This document shows, one piece after another, positions 12,112 to 22,426 of a DNA stretch of 64,000 nt. Location of the stretch: positions 183 through 64,182 of the forward strand of contig DUMO01000068.1 of the NCBI GenBank assembly GCA_012839865.1, read 5' to 3'. Position numbers and translations under genes: made by a program. The number at the start of each line of letters is the position of its first letter. Positions within the stretch are counted from its first letter, which is position 1. The DNA comes from Clostridiaceae bacterium (GTDB lineage: Bacteria; Bacillota; Clostridia; CAYPLH01; DUMO01). The notes beneath the pieces are model-generated. The model ran no database searches and was not told the DNA's origin. It was given only the letters and a program-made list of their open reading frames with translations.

Positions 12112-13137
12112 ATGGGTTTTTTTACAAGAGACATAGGCATTGACCTTGGCACGGCGAATACATTAGTACATGTAAAAGGTATAGGAATAGTCATCAACGA
12201 ACCATCGGTAGTAGCTATAAATAAAAACACCAATGATGTTCTGGCTGTTGGAAACGCTGCAAAGGAGATGATTGGAAGGACTCCGGGAAACATTGTCGCC
12301 ATCAGGCCTATGAAAGACGGCGTAATTGCTGATTTTAACGTTACTGCCTCCATGCTCAGGTATTTTATAAAATCAGCCATGAACAGCGGAAGGTTTATTA
12401 AACCAAGAGTTGTTATATGTGTTCCTTCCGGGGTTACAGAAGTTGAAAAGCGCGCAGTGGAAGAGTCGACAATTCAGGCAGGCGCAAAGGAGGCTTATCT
12501 TATAGAAGAGCCCATGGCAGCTGCAATAGGTGCAAAATTACCTGTGGAAGAGCCCTCTGGCAGCATGGTGGTCGATATAGGAGGAGGAACAAGTGAAGTT
12601 GCCGTGATTTCACTTGGAAGCATTGTTACCAGCCAGTCCCTCAGAAAAGCAGGGGATGAACTTGACGATTCCATTATGCAGTATATAAAAAAGGAATATA
12701 ATTTACTGATAGGTGAACGGACAGCTGAGCAGATAAAAATGAGAATTGGCACGGTGGATCCACAGCCCGAAGAAATAAAAACTATGCAGGTTTTCGGAAG
12801 GGATTTGCTGACAGGCCTTCCCAAAAACATATCCATCACTTCAGTTGAAATAGCCACAGCCATTTGGGAGCCCGTCAATGCAATTGTTGATGCTATTAAA
12901 GTCACACTGGAAAAAACTCCTCCTGAATTGGCGGCTGACGTAATGGAAAGGGGAATTATGCTGACAGGTGGCGGTGCCCTGTTGAACGGCCTGGATAAAC
13001 TCATCATGAAGGAAACCGGAATACCTGTTCTTATTGCAGAAGACCCGCTTGACTGTGTGGTTTTGGGCACAGGCAAAGTATTGGATGAGATAGAAACCCT
13101 GAAAAAGGTGCTTATTTCATCCAGAAGATATAGATAA
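12112..13137 (+). CDS. mreB: Rod shape-determining protein MreB (actin-like)
   Basis: [25 protein letters not shown] and [11 protein letters not shown] actin-fold motifs. 341 aa. Confidence 0.95.
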   Translation: MGFFTRDIGIDLGTANTLVHVKGIGIVINEPSVVAINKNTNDVLAVGNAAKEMIGRTPGNIVAIRPMKDGVIADFNVTASMLRYFIKSAMNSGRFIKPRVVICVPSGVTEVEKRAVEESTIQAGAKEAYLIEEPMAAAIGAKLPVEEPSGSMVVDIGGGTSEVAVISLGSIVTSQSLRKAGDELDDSIMQYIKKEYNLLIGERTAEQIKMRIGTVDPQPEEIKTMQVFGRDLLTGLPKNISITSVEIATAIWEPVNAIVDAIKVTLEKTPPELAADVMERGIMLTGGGALLNGLDKLIMKETGIPVLIAEDPLDCVVLGTGKVLDEIETLKKVLISSRRYR

Positions 13138-13164
13138 TGGGAATGTGAAGGGAGAACTGTTTAA

Positions 13165-13992
13165 TTGCTAAGGTTCTTGAAAAATAAATGGTTCTGGTTG
13201 ATTACTGTTACAATAGCATTGATAATCATAATGGGTTTGACTGCCGAATACAGCAGTTCAAACATTATAGGAAGTATTATCAATGTTCCCTTGTCTCCGA
13301 TTCAAAAGCTGGTTTCAACAGTGAGAAACAAGGTCGGGGAAACTGTGGCAATGTTCAAGGACATTAATTCGATTAAACAGGAAAATGAATCGCTTAAGGA
13401 AGAAGTTGAAAGACTCAGAAAAGAAAACAGGGAGCTTAAGGAATTTAAGCTTAAGAAGGAAGAACTGGAATCCCTGTTGAATATAAAAAACCAGTTTAAT
13501 GAGTATGATCCGATTGGTGCCAATATTATTGCCAAGGACCCGGGAAACTGGTTCATTACTTTTAAAATTGACAGGGGAACCAACGACGGGGTTGATGTGA
13601 ATTTTCCTGTTATTAACAGTGATGGCCTTGTGGGCAGGGTGGCAGCATGCCATCCCTTTAGTTCACAGGTGGTTGCATTGATTGATGCGGGTACCACCGT
13701 AAGTGCTAAAATATCGCGTACAAGGGACCCCGTTCGTGTAAGGGGGGACCTTGCGCTTAAAGACGAAGGTCTATGCATAGTGGATTACATACCGCCCGAT
13801 ACGGATATACAGGTTGGCGATACAGTTGAAACATCAGGGCTTGGCGGCATTTACCCCAAGGGGATTATTATTGGAACGATAATTGAAATCCGGGAAATTA
13901 GCAATCAATTGAATAAATATGCGCTGGTTAAGCCTGCGGTGGATTTCAGGAGACTGGAAAACGTACTTGTTCTGATGCGAAAAACAGAGTAG
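13165..13992 (+). CDS. mreC: Rod shape-determining protein MreC
   Basis: TTG start with RBS GAAGGGAG. N-terminal TM segment, coiled-coil (ENESLKEEVERLRKENRELKE) and C-terminal beta domain. Position after mreB. Confidence 0.85.
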   Translation: MLRFLKNKWFWLITVTIALIIIMGLTAEYSSSNIIGSIINVPLSPIQKLVSTVRNKVGETVAMFKDINSIKQENESLKEEVERLRKENRELKEFKLKKEELESLLNIKNQFNEYDPIGANIIAKDPGNWFITFKIDRGTNDGVDVNFPVINSDGLVGRVAACHPFSSQVVALIDAGTTVSAKISRTRDPVRVRGDLALKDEGLCIVDYIPPDTDIQVGDTVETSGLGGIYPKGIIIGTIIEIREISNQLNKYALVKPAVDFRRLENVLVLMRKTE

Positions 13993-14050
13993 GGATTTAT
14001 CTTCATTTCGGGTATTATGCAGGCAGGCGTATAAAAGCGGGTGGTTCTTT

Positions 14051-14566
14051 ATGAAAGTCAAAATCCCCATCTATGCGGTAAGTATAGGTTTGGTTTTAAT
14101 TCTGCAGACAACACTGATTGAGCATATAACCATATGGAATATCAAGCCAAATTTGCCCATAATTTTTATAATATCAGCAGCTTTTCTTAATGGAAACACA
14201 GAAGGTGCTGTTGTCGGACTTGCAACGGGTCTCGCCCTGGACATGACAGTAGGAAAATTAATAGGTCTTAACGGATTGCTGGGTCTTTATCTTGGAATTG
14301 TTACCGGTCAGGTAAATAAAAAATTCTACAGAGAAAATTTGCTGGTTATGGCATTCCTTACTTTTGTCTGTTCACTGGTATATGAATTTCTTGTATATTT
14401 TATCACCGGAATTGAAACAGGAAATTACCATTGGTTGTATGCCTTAAGATTTGTTATCTTACCTGTTTCTGTATATAACGGCCTTGCATCATTGCTTGTA
14501 CATTCGGTAAATATAAGAGTTTTCAGAAGGTTGAACCAAACCGGCAGAACGTGGAGGAAATTTTAG
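14051..14566 (+). CDS. mreD: Rod shape-determining protein MreD (polytopic membrane protein)
   Basis: 171 aa highly hydrophobic protein immediately after mreC. Conserved mreBCD order. Confidence 0.7.
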   Translation: MKVKIPIYAVSIGLVLILQTTLIEHITIWNIKPNLPIIFIISAAFLNGNTEGAVVGLATGLALDMTVGKLIGLNGLLGLYLGIVTGQVNKKFYRENLLVMAFLTFVCSLVYEFLVYFITGIETGNYHWLYALRFVILPVSVYNGLASLLVHSVNIRVFRRLNQTGRTWRKF

Positions 14567-14589
14567 AAACAGGCAGGGGTTTTGTTGAT

Positions 14590-16698
14590 ATGAAAAAAAT
14601 ATTAAAGGATAGATTTTTCATATTGGGCTTTTTTGTAGTTGTGGGAGTCGTTATCATAATATTCCGGTTGTTTAACCTGCAGATTGTTGAAGGCCAGCAG
14701 TATTATGAATATTCCCAGAGAGGCGTGCTGCAGGAGAGAATCATAAAAGCGCCCCGGGGAAGGATCCTGGATAGAAACGGAATTCCCATAGCAGTTAACA
14801 GAATGGGTTTTTCAGTGCAGATTGCTTATGTAAAAATGAGTGCGGAAGAACGTAACAGGATGATTTTTAATCTTGTTCAAATATTTGAAAAGAACAATGA
14901 GATCTACAAAAGCTTGCTGGATGATTATTTTTTATATGACACCATGGAGTTTGGCCCTAAAATTAAAGATTCCCAGGACAAGGCTTATTCCTGGGCAAAG
15001 GAAATAGGCCTGAAAATTGAAAAAAATGTGGACATTACTCCTCAATATATTTTTAAACTGTTAAAACAAAAGTATGAATTGTCAGACGAATATGAAGATA
15101 AAGACGCCGCAAAAGTTATAAAGGTTTGTTATGACCTGCAGATAAAAGGATATTCAATCAGAGCCCCTCTTACACTCATAAAGGATGTCAAATGGGAGAC
15201 TGTTGCCGAAATTGAGGAAAGACATCACGAGTTGCCGGGAGTTACAACAGATTGGGAACCCTTCAGGGAGTACATTGACTCCTTTTATGTAGGACATATA
15301 TTAGGGTATATCCGTGGCATTGATGCGGATGAATATGAAGCGCTGAAATCAAAAGGTTATGGGTATAATGACCTTATCGGGAAAACTGGTGTTGAAAAAT
15401 CCGCAGAAGAATATCTTCGCGGACTTGACGGCAAAAGAACCATTGAAGTGGACACCAACGGAAGATTCTACAGAAATTTAAGTTATACTCCTGCTGAACC
15501 GGGGAAGGATGTTGTCCTTACGATAGACTTAAGACTGCAAAAGGCGGTTTATGAGTCGGTGGAGAAAAATATTCAAAGAATAAGGGAAAAGGGCGGAGAA
15601 GGTAATTTTGGCGATGCCAATGCCGCTGCGGTGGTGGTCCTTGATGTAAAAACAGGGGAAGTGCTTGCCATGCTGAGCTATCCGACCTTTGACCCTGCAA
15701 TTTTCCTTGCCGGTGCGGGAAATAAGGAAGCCCAGCAAAAAATACTCGAATTAAATAATGATTCGGTAAATACCCCCTTGTTAAACAGGCCGATTCAAGG
15801 GCTCTATGCACCGGGTTCGACCTTTAAGCCCCTTACGGCAATAGCGGGTCTGGAAGAAGGAATCATAAAGGTAAATGAGATTATCCGGGATGACGGGATA
15901 TATTATATTGACGGAATGAAGTTTGAATGCCTTGAATACCGTCACGGGCTTGGAGCCCATGGCAATTTGACTATTGAAAGAGCGTTGGCTACATCCTGCA
16001 ATATATTTTTCCATATCCTCGGCAAGGAAACGGGGATTGACAACCTGGACAAATGGGCTAAAAACTTTGGCTTGGGCGAATATACCGGTATTGACTTACC
16101 GGGTGAATATAAAGGAAACCGCAACAGCAGGGACTATAAAGCGGAGATGTTCCATGAGGCATGGTATCCGGCAGATACTGCCCAGGCTGCAATCGGACAG
16201 CTTTTCAACCAGTTCACGCCCCTGCAGATTGCAAATTATGTCAGTTCCATAGCCAATGGAGGGTATAAGTATACCCCGCATGTTATCAAAAGAATCACAG
16301 ACTATGACGGTACTGTTGTAAAGGAAATCGAGCCTGTATTTGAAAAGATTCCTGTCAGTGAAGAGACAATTGAAGCGGTTAAAAAGGGTATGGTGGCTGT
16401 TACCAATTCAATTGACGGAACCGCTGTTACAGTATTCGACAGCCTTCCCTATAAAGTTGCAGGAAAAACAGGTACGGCTCAAACAGGAAGGCTTAATGAA
16501 TCTGATAACGGATTGTTTGTTTGTTATGCGCCTGCAGATAACCCAAGGGTTGCAATAGCAGTGGTTGTGGAGAAGGGCGTATGGGGTTCCAACACGGCGC
16601 CAATAGCTCTGGACATCCTCAAAAAATACTTTGAGTTGTATGATATAAAAAATGTAAGTGATTCGGCAAAAAGCGACGAAGTAGTATTTACCCGTTAA
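14590..16698 (+). CDS. mrdA: Penicillin-binding protein 2 (elongation transpeptidase, MrdA/PBP2 family)
   Basis: N-terminal TM segment, PBP dimerisation domain, and transpeptidase motifs STFKP (SxxK) and KTGTA (KTG). ATG at 14590 (MKKILKDRFF) preferred. The ORF is also open from 14551, where it would overlap mreD. Confidence 0.85.
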   Translation: MKKILKDRFFILGFFVVVGVVIIIFRLFNLQIVEGQQYYEYSQRGVLQERIIKAPRGRILDRNGIPIAVNRMGFSVQIAYVKMSAEERNRMIFNLVQIFEKNNEIYKSLLDDYFLYDTMEFGPKIKDSQDKAYSWAKEIGLKIEKNVDITPQYIFKLLKQKYELSDEYEDKDAAKVIKVCYDLQIKGYSIRAPLTLIKDVKWETVAEIEERHHELPGVTTDWEPFREYIDSFYVGHILGYIRGIDADEYEALKSKGYGYNDLIGKTGVEKSAEEYLRGLDGKRTIEVDTNGRFYRNLSYTPAEPGKDVVLTIDLRLQKAVYESVEKNIQRIREKGGEGNFGDANAAAVVVLDVKTGEVLAMLSYPTFDPAIFLAGAGNKEAQQKILELNNDSVNTPLLNRPIQGLYAPGSTFKPLTAIAGLEEGIIKVNEIIRDDGIYYIDGMKFECLEYRHGLGAHGNLTIERALATSCNIFFHILGKETGIDNLDKWAKNFGLGEYTGIDLPGEYKGNRNSRDYKAEMFHEAWYPADTAQAAIGQLFNQFTPLQIANYVSSIANGGYKYTPHVIKRITDYDGTVVKEIEPVFEKIPVSEETIEAVKKGMVAVTNSIDGTAVTVFDSLPYKVAGKTGTAQTGRLNESDNGLFVCYAPADNPRVAIAVVVEKGVWGSNTAPIALDILKKYFELYDIKNVSDSAKSDEVVFTR

Positions 16699-16840
16699 GT
16701 TTTATGTTATAATATGATTAACTTTATACAGGTATTTTGATTAATAAATGTACAGTACCTGCCTGGATTTTTCCCGAATTTGTTGTGTTTTGCGGGATAG
16801 CCGGGCATGATCAATCAGTTCTGATGTCATAAACGGGGGT

Positions 16841-17497
16841 ATGGTTAATTTGTCGAGCAGCGTCACTTTTAAGGGTACGGTTAACGGCCTTACAATCGTA
16901 ATGAACGAAGATGATCCTTTTGAAAAAATATTATCCGATATAGAGAAAAAAATCACCTCTGCAAAAAAGTTTTTTGAAGAAGGAAATCTGGCAGTCAGAT
17001 ACAGAGGAAGAAAGCTTTCTGATGAGGAGCAAAGACAGATTCTGAGGCTTTTGCTTGATAAAAGCGGTGTTATGATCAACAGCTTCTCAGAGGAAGCAAA
17101 CCTGTCAAAGCAAGATGATAGTCTTAAAGCAGCATACGGGGCTAATGGCAATTCTTATGAGAAAACGAAAATCTTCTGTGGAACGGTTCGTTCCGGCCAG
17201 GAAGTGCGCTATGACGGAAATGTGGTTATTGTCGGTGATGTAAATCCCGGAGCCAATGTCATTGCAAAGGGCAACATAATTGTTGTCGGGTCCCTTAGAG
17301 GCATGGTGCATGCAGGATCAGACGGAGACCCGGATGCTTATATCGTCGCTTTCAGATTGCGTCCCATGCAGCTTCGGATAGCTGATATAATCACAAGAGC
17401 TCCTGAAGAATATGAAGAAAAACCTGAAACTCCTGAAATAGCGTATGTAAGAGATGGGCAAGTGTATATTGGGAGTTATTGTTTTATGCCGTCCTGA
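16841..17497 (+). CDS. minC: Septum site-determining protein MinC
   Basis: The C-terminal beta-helix repeat region (GNVVIVGDVNPGANVIAKGNIIVVGSLRGMVHAG) is typical of MinC. Upstream of minD. Confidence 0.85.
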   Translation: MVNLSSSVTFKGTVNGLTIVMNEDDPFEKILSDIEKKITSAKKFFEEGNLAVRYRGRKLSDEEQRQILRLLLDKSGVMINSFSEEANLSKQDDSLKAAYGANGNSYEKTKIFCGTVRSGQEVRYDGNVVIVGDVNPGANVIAKGNIIVVGSLRGMVHAGSDGDPDAYIVAFRLRPMQLRIADIITRAPEEYEEKPETPEIAYVRDGQVYIGSYCFMPS

Positions 17498-17563
17498 GCG
17501 ATTGACAAAGATTAAATAATAATATATTGTTAAGTATAAGACATGGCTAACGGGAGGTAGTTT

Positions 17564-18367
17564 ATGGGAGAAGTTATAGTTATAACCTCTGGAAAGGGTG
17601 GAGTCGGAAAAACTACTACAACTGCAAATCTGGGTACAGGATTAGCACTGGAAAACAAGCAGGTAGTTTTAATCGATACAGATATTGGACTTAGAAATCT
17701 TGATGTCGTAATGGGACTGGAAAACAGAATAGTCTATGACCTGGTTGATGTGGTGGAAGGTCATTGCAGGGTTAAGCAGGCATTAATAAAGGACAGGCGT
17801 TATGAAGGGTTATATCTTTTACCTGCTGCACAGACCCGTGATAAAAATGCAGTTAATCCAAAACAAATGGTAAAGCTTTGTCAGGAGCTTAGAGAGGAAT
17901 TTGATTTTATATTGATAGATTGTCCTGCAGGCATTGAGCAAGGCTTCAGAAATGCTATTTCAGGGGCGGATAGGGCAATCGTGGTGACAACGCCCGATGT
18001 TTCGGCAGTCAGGGATGCAGACAGAATAATAGGTCTTCTGGAATCAAGTGAGCTGAAAAACCCCAAAATTATAATAAACAGGGTTAAGCCTGATATGGTC
18101 AGACGGGGAGATATGATGACAATAGATGACATTATTGATATTCTGGCCGTTGACCTTTTAGGTGTGGTACCTGATGATGAAAAAATTGTAATTTCAACAA
18201 ACCGCGGAGAACCGGCAGTTACCGACAGCAAATCTTTAGCTGGACAAGTATACAGGAATATTGCAAAGAGAATACTTGGAGAAAACATACCGATTTTGGA
18301 CGTTCAATCAGAAGAAGGGTTTTTACATAAGCTTAAAAGACTGTTTGGAATTAAAAATGCAATGTAG
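17564..18367 (+). CDS. minD: Septum site-determining ATPase MinD
   Basis: Deviant Walker A GKGGVGKTT and ParA/MinD family conservation throughout. 267 aa. Confidence 0.95.
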   Translation: MGEVIVITSGKGGVGKTTTTANLGTGLALENKQVVLIDTDIGLRNLDVVMGLENRIVYDLVDVVEGHCRVKQALIKDRRYEGLYLLPAAQTRDKNAVNPKQMVKLCQELREEFDFILIDCPAGIEQGFRNAISGADRAIVVTTPDVSAVRDADRIIGLLESSELKNPKIIINRVKPDMVRRGDMMTIDDIIDILAVDLLGVVPDDEKIVISTNRGEPAVTDSKSLAGQVYRNIAKRILGENIPILDVQSEEGFLHKLKRLFGIKNAM

Positions 18368-18378
18368 GAGGAGATATA

Positions 18379-18666
18379 ATGCTTGCAGGGTTGCTTAATT
18401 TAGTGTCGCGAAAATCCAGATCATCCAAAGATACGGCCAAGGAAAGGCTAAAGCTTGTGTTGATACATGACAGGGCCAATGTATCTCCTCAGTTTCTTGA
18501 AATGATTAAGGGCGAGATTATCAAAGTCATTCAGCATTACATGGATATTGACGAGGATGCTTTGGATATACAGATTACCAGAACTAAAAATGATGAAGGT
18601 AATGGTATAGTACCTGCCCTTGTGGCAAATATTCCAATAAAGAAAGTCAAAAACAGCGGGAAATAA
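18379..18666 (+). CDS. minE: Cell division topological specificity factor MinE
   Basis: 95 aa with an N-terminal membrane-targeting segment and the KERLKLVLIHDR motif. Follows minD. Confidence 0.88.
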   Translation: MLAGLLNLVSRKSRSSKDTAKERLKLVLIHDRANVSPQFLEMIKGEIIKVIQHYMDIDEDALDIQITRTKNDEGNGIVPALVANIPIKKVKNSGK

Positions 18667-18675
18667 AGAGTATTC

Positions 18676-18715
18676 AAGCCTGGCGGAAATTGATCCTCTG
18701 CCAGGCTTAATTGTT
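18676..18715 (+). terminator. Rho-independent terminator candidate after minE
   Basis: AGCCTGGCGG...CCAGGCTT perfect 8-bp stem followed by a T-rich tail. Confidence 0.5.
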
Positions 18716-18771
18716 TGACTTTGTTTACAGTATGTCATGCAGTAAGGTAAATAAACCATGGCAAATTTGTT

Positions 18772-19026
18772 TTATTCAAAATGGTCCTTAAGATGGTCGT
18801 AAACCTCCTCAGGTGTCATGCCGTCCGCATTTATCACCACCGCTTTTGTATTGGTATCCTGCATACCCATGAAATTCATGCTCATGCCTGAAACTATATA
18901 GGCATCATAACTGTCATTTCGCGGACTTTCATTTTTAAAATCTATGTTCTGCACATTATAACCTTTGGATTTAAGAAATTCCCTTACAGGAGTCAGTTTT
19001 GACTCAACACCTACTGTTACTGCCAT
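18772..19026 (-). CDS. UPF0180 (YkuS-like) small protein
   Basis: MAVTVGVESKLTPVREFLKSKGYNVQNI resembles the B. subtilis YkuS/UPF0180 family. Start at the Met preceded by GGGAGGTG. The track ORF start (19050) adds 8 aa. Confidence 0.55.
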   Translation of the reverse strand: MAVTVGVESKLTPVREFLKSKGYNVQNIDFKNESPRNDSYDAYIVSGMSMNFMGMQDTNTKAVVINADGMTPEEVYDHLKDHFE

Positions 19027-19243
19027 TTGATCACCTCCCAAGTTAATCACTTAACCGTAGTATTGGCAAATAACATTTATATAATTCCATGTTTGTTCAT
19101 AAAAAAAAGCATCAACCAGTAATAAGTTCTGCATAGAGCAAATATAATTAAATAGACATGCCGGGAGTATACATATAGCAATAATCCTGCGGTTTAATAG
19201 TGCATTTTACCGTCAACACACTCACTCAAATAATTTTTTAAGG

Positions 19244-20239
19244 ATGTGTGCTTTTATGGACGATGTGGTAATAAGGCCAAGATACCAAAGGTATAGAGTA
19301 CCTGTGAAAAAAAGAAGGAAAAATTATAAAAATTTATTAAGGTTAATGGAGAAAATCATTATCCAATTGGTTGTTTCTGCTCTTATACTGCTGGCGGTTA
19401 TGGCAATTAAGGGGATTGATTTTCCTGCAGCCCGATATATAACCGGGAAAGTCAGATCTTTGCTCTCCGAAAATATTGATATAACCAGGATATATGAGCA
19501 AATTGACAATATTGTTACTTACTTTAAGCCTGACAATCCGGCGGAAAATGGTATTAAAAATGTTTTGCCTGTAAATGAAGGTTCAGACAGCATAGACCAA
19601 GGCTATGACGCATATGATGACACCGGCGAAGGATATGAGGCTAAGGAGGATTCCGGTATGGAGTATAGGGTGCAGGATGGTTCCGGAGGGGGATACAACA
19701 CACCCGATGATTCCGGTGTGGGTTACAGGGTGTGGGACGTCTCCGGTGAAGGATATAGCCTGCAGGATGATTTAAGTTCAGGAACTGAGGCGCTGGACTA
19801 CAACCCCCAGGGCAAGGGAGTAATGTCAACAGATTTTGCAAGTCTTGACCTGCCTAAAAACCCGCCTGTAAATGGAGTTATCGCTGAAAAATACGGAGAG
19901 GGTGATTATCTCACTTTAAAATCAGGGAACTTCCACACCGGTATTGATATAGAGGTTTACGAAAAGTCCCAGGTAAGAGCAGTAATGGATGGATATGTGG
20001 CTGAAACCGGTTTTAAACCGGAATATGGGAACTATATAATTCTGGAGCATTCCATGGGCTATAAGACAGTATATGCCCATTGTGACAACATACTGGTTGA
20101 AGAAGGCAAATTTGTTTTTGAAGGGGATGTGCTGGGGATAATCGGTGAAAACGGGCAAAGCGGTATGGCGCATTTGCATTTTGAAATATGGAAGGACAGC
20201 AATACAGTAGATCCAATGGATTATATCAAGGTGCATTGA
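19244..20239 (+). CDS. M23 (LytM) family peptidase in the SpoIVFA position, with N-terminal basic/TM segment and an acidic D-x-S-G-x-G-Y repeat linker
   Basis: C-terminal M23 motifs are intact (HTGIDI and AHLHFE). Located directly upstream of an S2P protease and downstream of minCDE, mirroring B. subtilis spoIVFA-spoIVFB. Alternative start ATG at 19256. Confidence 0.75.
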   Translation: MCAFMDDVVIRPRYQRYRVPVKKRRKNYKNLLRLMEKIIIQLVVSALILLAVMAIKGIDFPAARYITGKVRSLLSENIDITRIYEQIDNIVTYFKPDNPAENGIKNVLPVNEGSDSIDQGYDAYDDTGEGYEAKEDSGMEYRVQDGSGGGYNTPDDSGVGYRVWDVSGEGYSLQDDLSSGTEALDYNPQGKGVMSTDFASLDLPKNPPVNGVIAEKYGEGDYLTLKSGNFHTGIDIEVYEKSQVRAVMDGYVAETGFKPEYGNYIILEHSMGYKTVYAHCDNILVEEGKFVFEGDVLGIIGENGQSGMAHLHFEIWKDSNTVDPMDYIKVH

Positions 20240-20240
20240 T

Positions 20241-21116
20241 TTGAAATTTCGTATAAAAAGGCTGGAAATATATATAAGCTACCTGCTGCCCGCCGTAATA
20301 TTTGCTGCAATTCTGGCAGGGCGATTTTTGGAATACCTCGTCCTGTTATTATTGATAACGCTTCATGAAGCCGGGCATATCCTATATGCAAATCTTCTTG
20401 GCTGCAGAATCCATTCAATTTCATTTTTGCCGGTGGGGCTGAATGCGGGAATTGACACTGGCAAACTCAGCCACCGGTGCAGGATTGCAGTTAACATAAG
20501 TGGTCCTTTGGTCAATGGTGTCTTGTTCATATCCGGCCTTTTAATCGCAAAGGACAGCAATGGCGCAATTTATGATTTTTTCATATACCCAAACCTCTAT
20601 CTTGCAGTCTTTAACATTTTACCAATCTGGCCTCTTGATGGAAGCAAGATTTTGCAGGACCTGCTCCTTGCAAGAACGGGGCTGCTGTTTGCAACAGGGC
20701 TAATCAGAGCATTATCTGCGATACTTGCGATTATATTGATAGCTGCCGGTGCAGTACTGATAGTTGTCGGCAGTCTAAACCTGTCTTTGATAGTCATTGG
20801 AGGATATATTTTATATGCTGTCAGATCTGAGAAAATTGAAATGGCTTATTTGGATATAAAAAATATACTTAACAGGCGATCTCATCTGAAAAAGAAAAAA
20901 ATGCTCCCGGCCAGGGTTATTGTGGTGCTGCAATCGGTTTCCCTTGGGGAACTAATCAAAGCCCTTGATTTTGACAACTTTCATATTATTCATATACTGG
21001 ATGACAGTTTTGCCCTGGTGAAAACCATTACAGAGCAGGAGGCAATGGACGGCATGATGAGGTGCAATGCTTCGGTTACGTTAAAGGAATTGGTGGATGG
21101 AATCATGCAGGAATAA
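20241..21116 (+). CDS. spoIVFB: Site-2 protease (M50 family, SpoIVFB-like) with C-terminal CBS domain
   Basis: HEAGH zinc motif inside a TM helix, multiple TM segments, and a C-terminal CBS-like domain. TTG start overlapping the stop of the M23 gene. Synteny with minCDE as in Bacillus. Confidence 0.7.
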   Translation: MKFRIKRLEIYISYLLPAVIFAAILAGRFLEYLVLLLLITLHEAGHILYANLLGCRIHSISFLPVGLNAGIDTGKLSHRCRIAVNISGPLVNGVLFISGLLIAKDSNGAIYDFFIYPNLYLAVFNILPIWPLDGSKILQDLLLARTGLLFATGLIRALSAILAIILIAAGAVLIVVGSLNLSLIVIGGYILYAVRSEKIEMAYLDIKNILNRRSHLKKKKMLPARVIVVLQSVSLGELIKALDFDNFHIIHILDDSFALVKTITEQEAMDGMMRCNASVTLKELVDGIMQE

Positions 21117-21332
21117 GAATCTTCACCCATGCAAAAAAACATAATAAAGGTTTTATTTTTTAAATATATTTATTATAATATACTCAATGAGTCTTCTCCG
21201 GAAGGCCTGGGAGCCTGCCCGGCCGGTGAGTGCTTATTTTTTTCTGGAAACTGAACCAATAAGATAGTTGGAACGTCAAAAATCTATACCGCTATGTGAG
21301 GTATACTTAATTTAAACAAAAGGATGGAAGAT

Positions 21333-22295
21333 ATGAAGATTACAAGGTTTATTGCAATTAGTCTGGTTTTTTTTATTTTGCTGGCGGGGTGCGGTAGAAA
21401 ACCCAAAAGTACGGAAACAAGCAATGGTACTACTACCCAGGGAACAACAGGAACTACATCGGATTCAACAAATGGTAATCCTGATGAAACAACACCAAAC
21501 GAGACTTTGCCGGGTCAAACGGAAGAAGCTTCGGAAGAGCCTACCGGACCTGTTCAGCCAGAGCCGGCCAATCGTACACCTCAGCTTGACACTGAACTTT
21601 TGGATAAACTGGACAATACCACAAAAGGTTGGTGGATTCAGTTAAACAGCGATCATGAGACACCCTATATACCAAAGGATATAAAAGAACTGATTGCCAA
21701 ATATGATGCATATTATGTTGCAGATACTTCGGAAAAAGTAGTGTACCTTACTTTTGACGAGGGTTATGAAAACGGTTATACCCCGTTAATTCTGGATACT
21801 CTTAAGGAAAATGACGTACAGGCTGTGTTTTTTATTACCAGCCAGTATATAAAACAGAATGCGGATCTTATACAAAGAATGCTGGATGAAGGGCATATAG
21901 TGGGAAACCATTCGGTAAACCATCCGTCACTGCCTGATAAAGACTACGAAGGCATAATAAAAGAGATATGCGGTCTTGAGGAAATGTTTGAAGAAAAATT
22001 TGGCAAGGGTTTCAAATATTTCAGACCGCCCCAGGGCAATTACAGTGAAAGAACCCTGGCAGCTACACAGCAGTTGGGATATAAAACGGTATTCTGGAGC
22101 TTTGCATACGATGACTGGGATGTTACAAAACAGAGGGGCGCAGATTATGCATACAATATTGTAATGAAAAATCTGCACAATGGCGCAATTTTCCTGCTGC
22201 ATGCCGTTTCAAAGGATAATGCGGAGGCTTTGGACAGTATAATAAAGGGAATACGCGCAGAAGGATATGAAATAAAATTGCTGGATTTGGAATAG
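21333..22295 (+). CDS. Polysaccharide deacetylase (CE4 / NodB family) lipoprotein, PdaA-like (spore cortex delta-lactam type)
   Basis: Lipoprotein signal MKITRFIAISLVFFILLAGCG. NodB motifs TFDEGY, HSVNHP and the LLH region. A low-complexity T/G/S-rich linker. Start at 21333 follows RBS AAGGATGGAAG. Confidence 0.78.
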   Translation: MKITRFIAISLVFFILLAGCGRKPKSTETSNGTTTQGTTGTTSDSTNGNPDETTPNETLPGQTEEASEEPTGPVQPEPANRTPQLDTELLDKLDNTTKGWWIQLNSDHETPYIPKDIKELIAKYDAYYVADTSEKVVYLTFDEGYENGYTPLILDTLKENDVQAVFFITSQYIKQNADLIQRMLDEGHIVGNHSVNHPSLPDKDYEGIIKEICGLEEMFEEKFGKGFKYFRPPQGNYSERTLAATQQLGYKTVFWSFAYDDWDVTKQRGADYAYNIVMKNLHNGAIFLLHAVSKDNAEALDSIIKGIRAEGYEIKLLDLE

Positions 22296-22314
22296 AGTGA
22301 TAATTGCTGCAAAG

Positions 22315-22344
22315 GGGCTGTTTAAAAGACAGCTCCTTTTTATA
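22315..22344 (+). terminator. Rho-independent terminator after the deacetylase gene
   Basis: GGGGCTGT...ACAGCTCC stem (one G-U pair) followed by TTTTTAT. Confidence 0.55.
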
Positions 22345-22349
22345 TCTTT

Positions 22350-22385
22350 GAAAATGCCGGATATAAAACGATGGGCTGCCTGAAA
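22350..22385 (-). terminator. Rho-independent terminator candidate after metF (minus strand)
   Basis: GGCTGCC TGAAAAA GCAGCC hairpin followed on the minus strand by TTTTATAT. Confidence 0.45.
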
Positions 22386-22426
22386 AAGCAGCCTCTGGCC
22401 ATGACAGCAGTGACAGGTCTGCTCTT

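Noticed and set aside
12495-13076. 193-aa minus-strand ORF within mreB
   Set aside because: Antisense to highly conserved mreB. S/P-rich nonsense composition.
16741-17151. 136-aa minus-strand ORF overlapping the start of minC
   Set aside because: Overlaps a conserved gene and its promoter region and has low-complexity sequence. Likely spurious.
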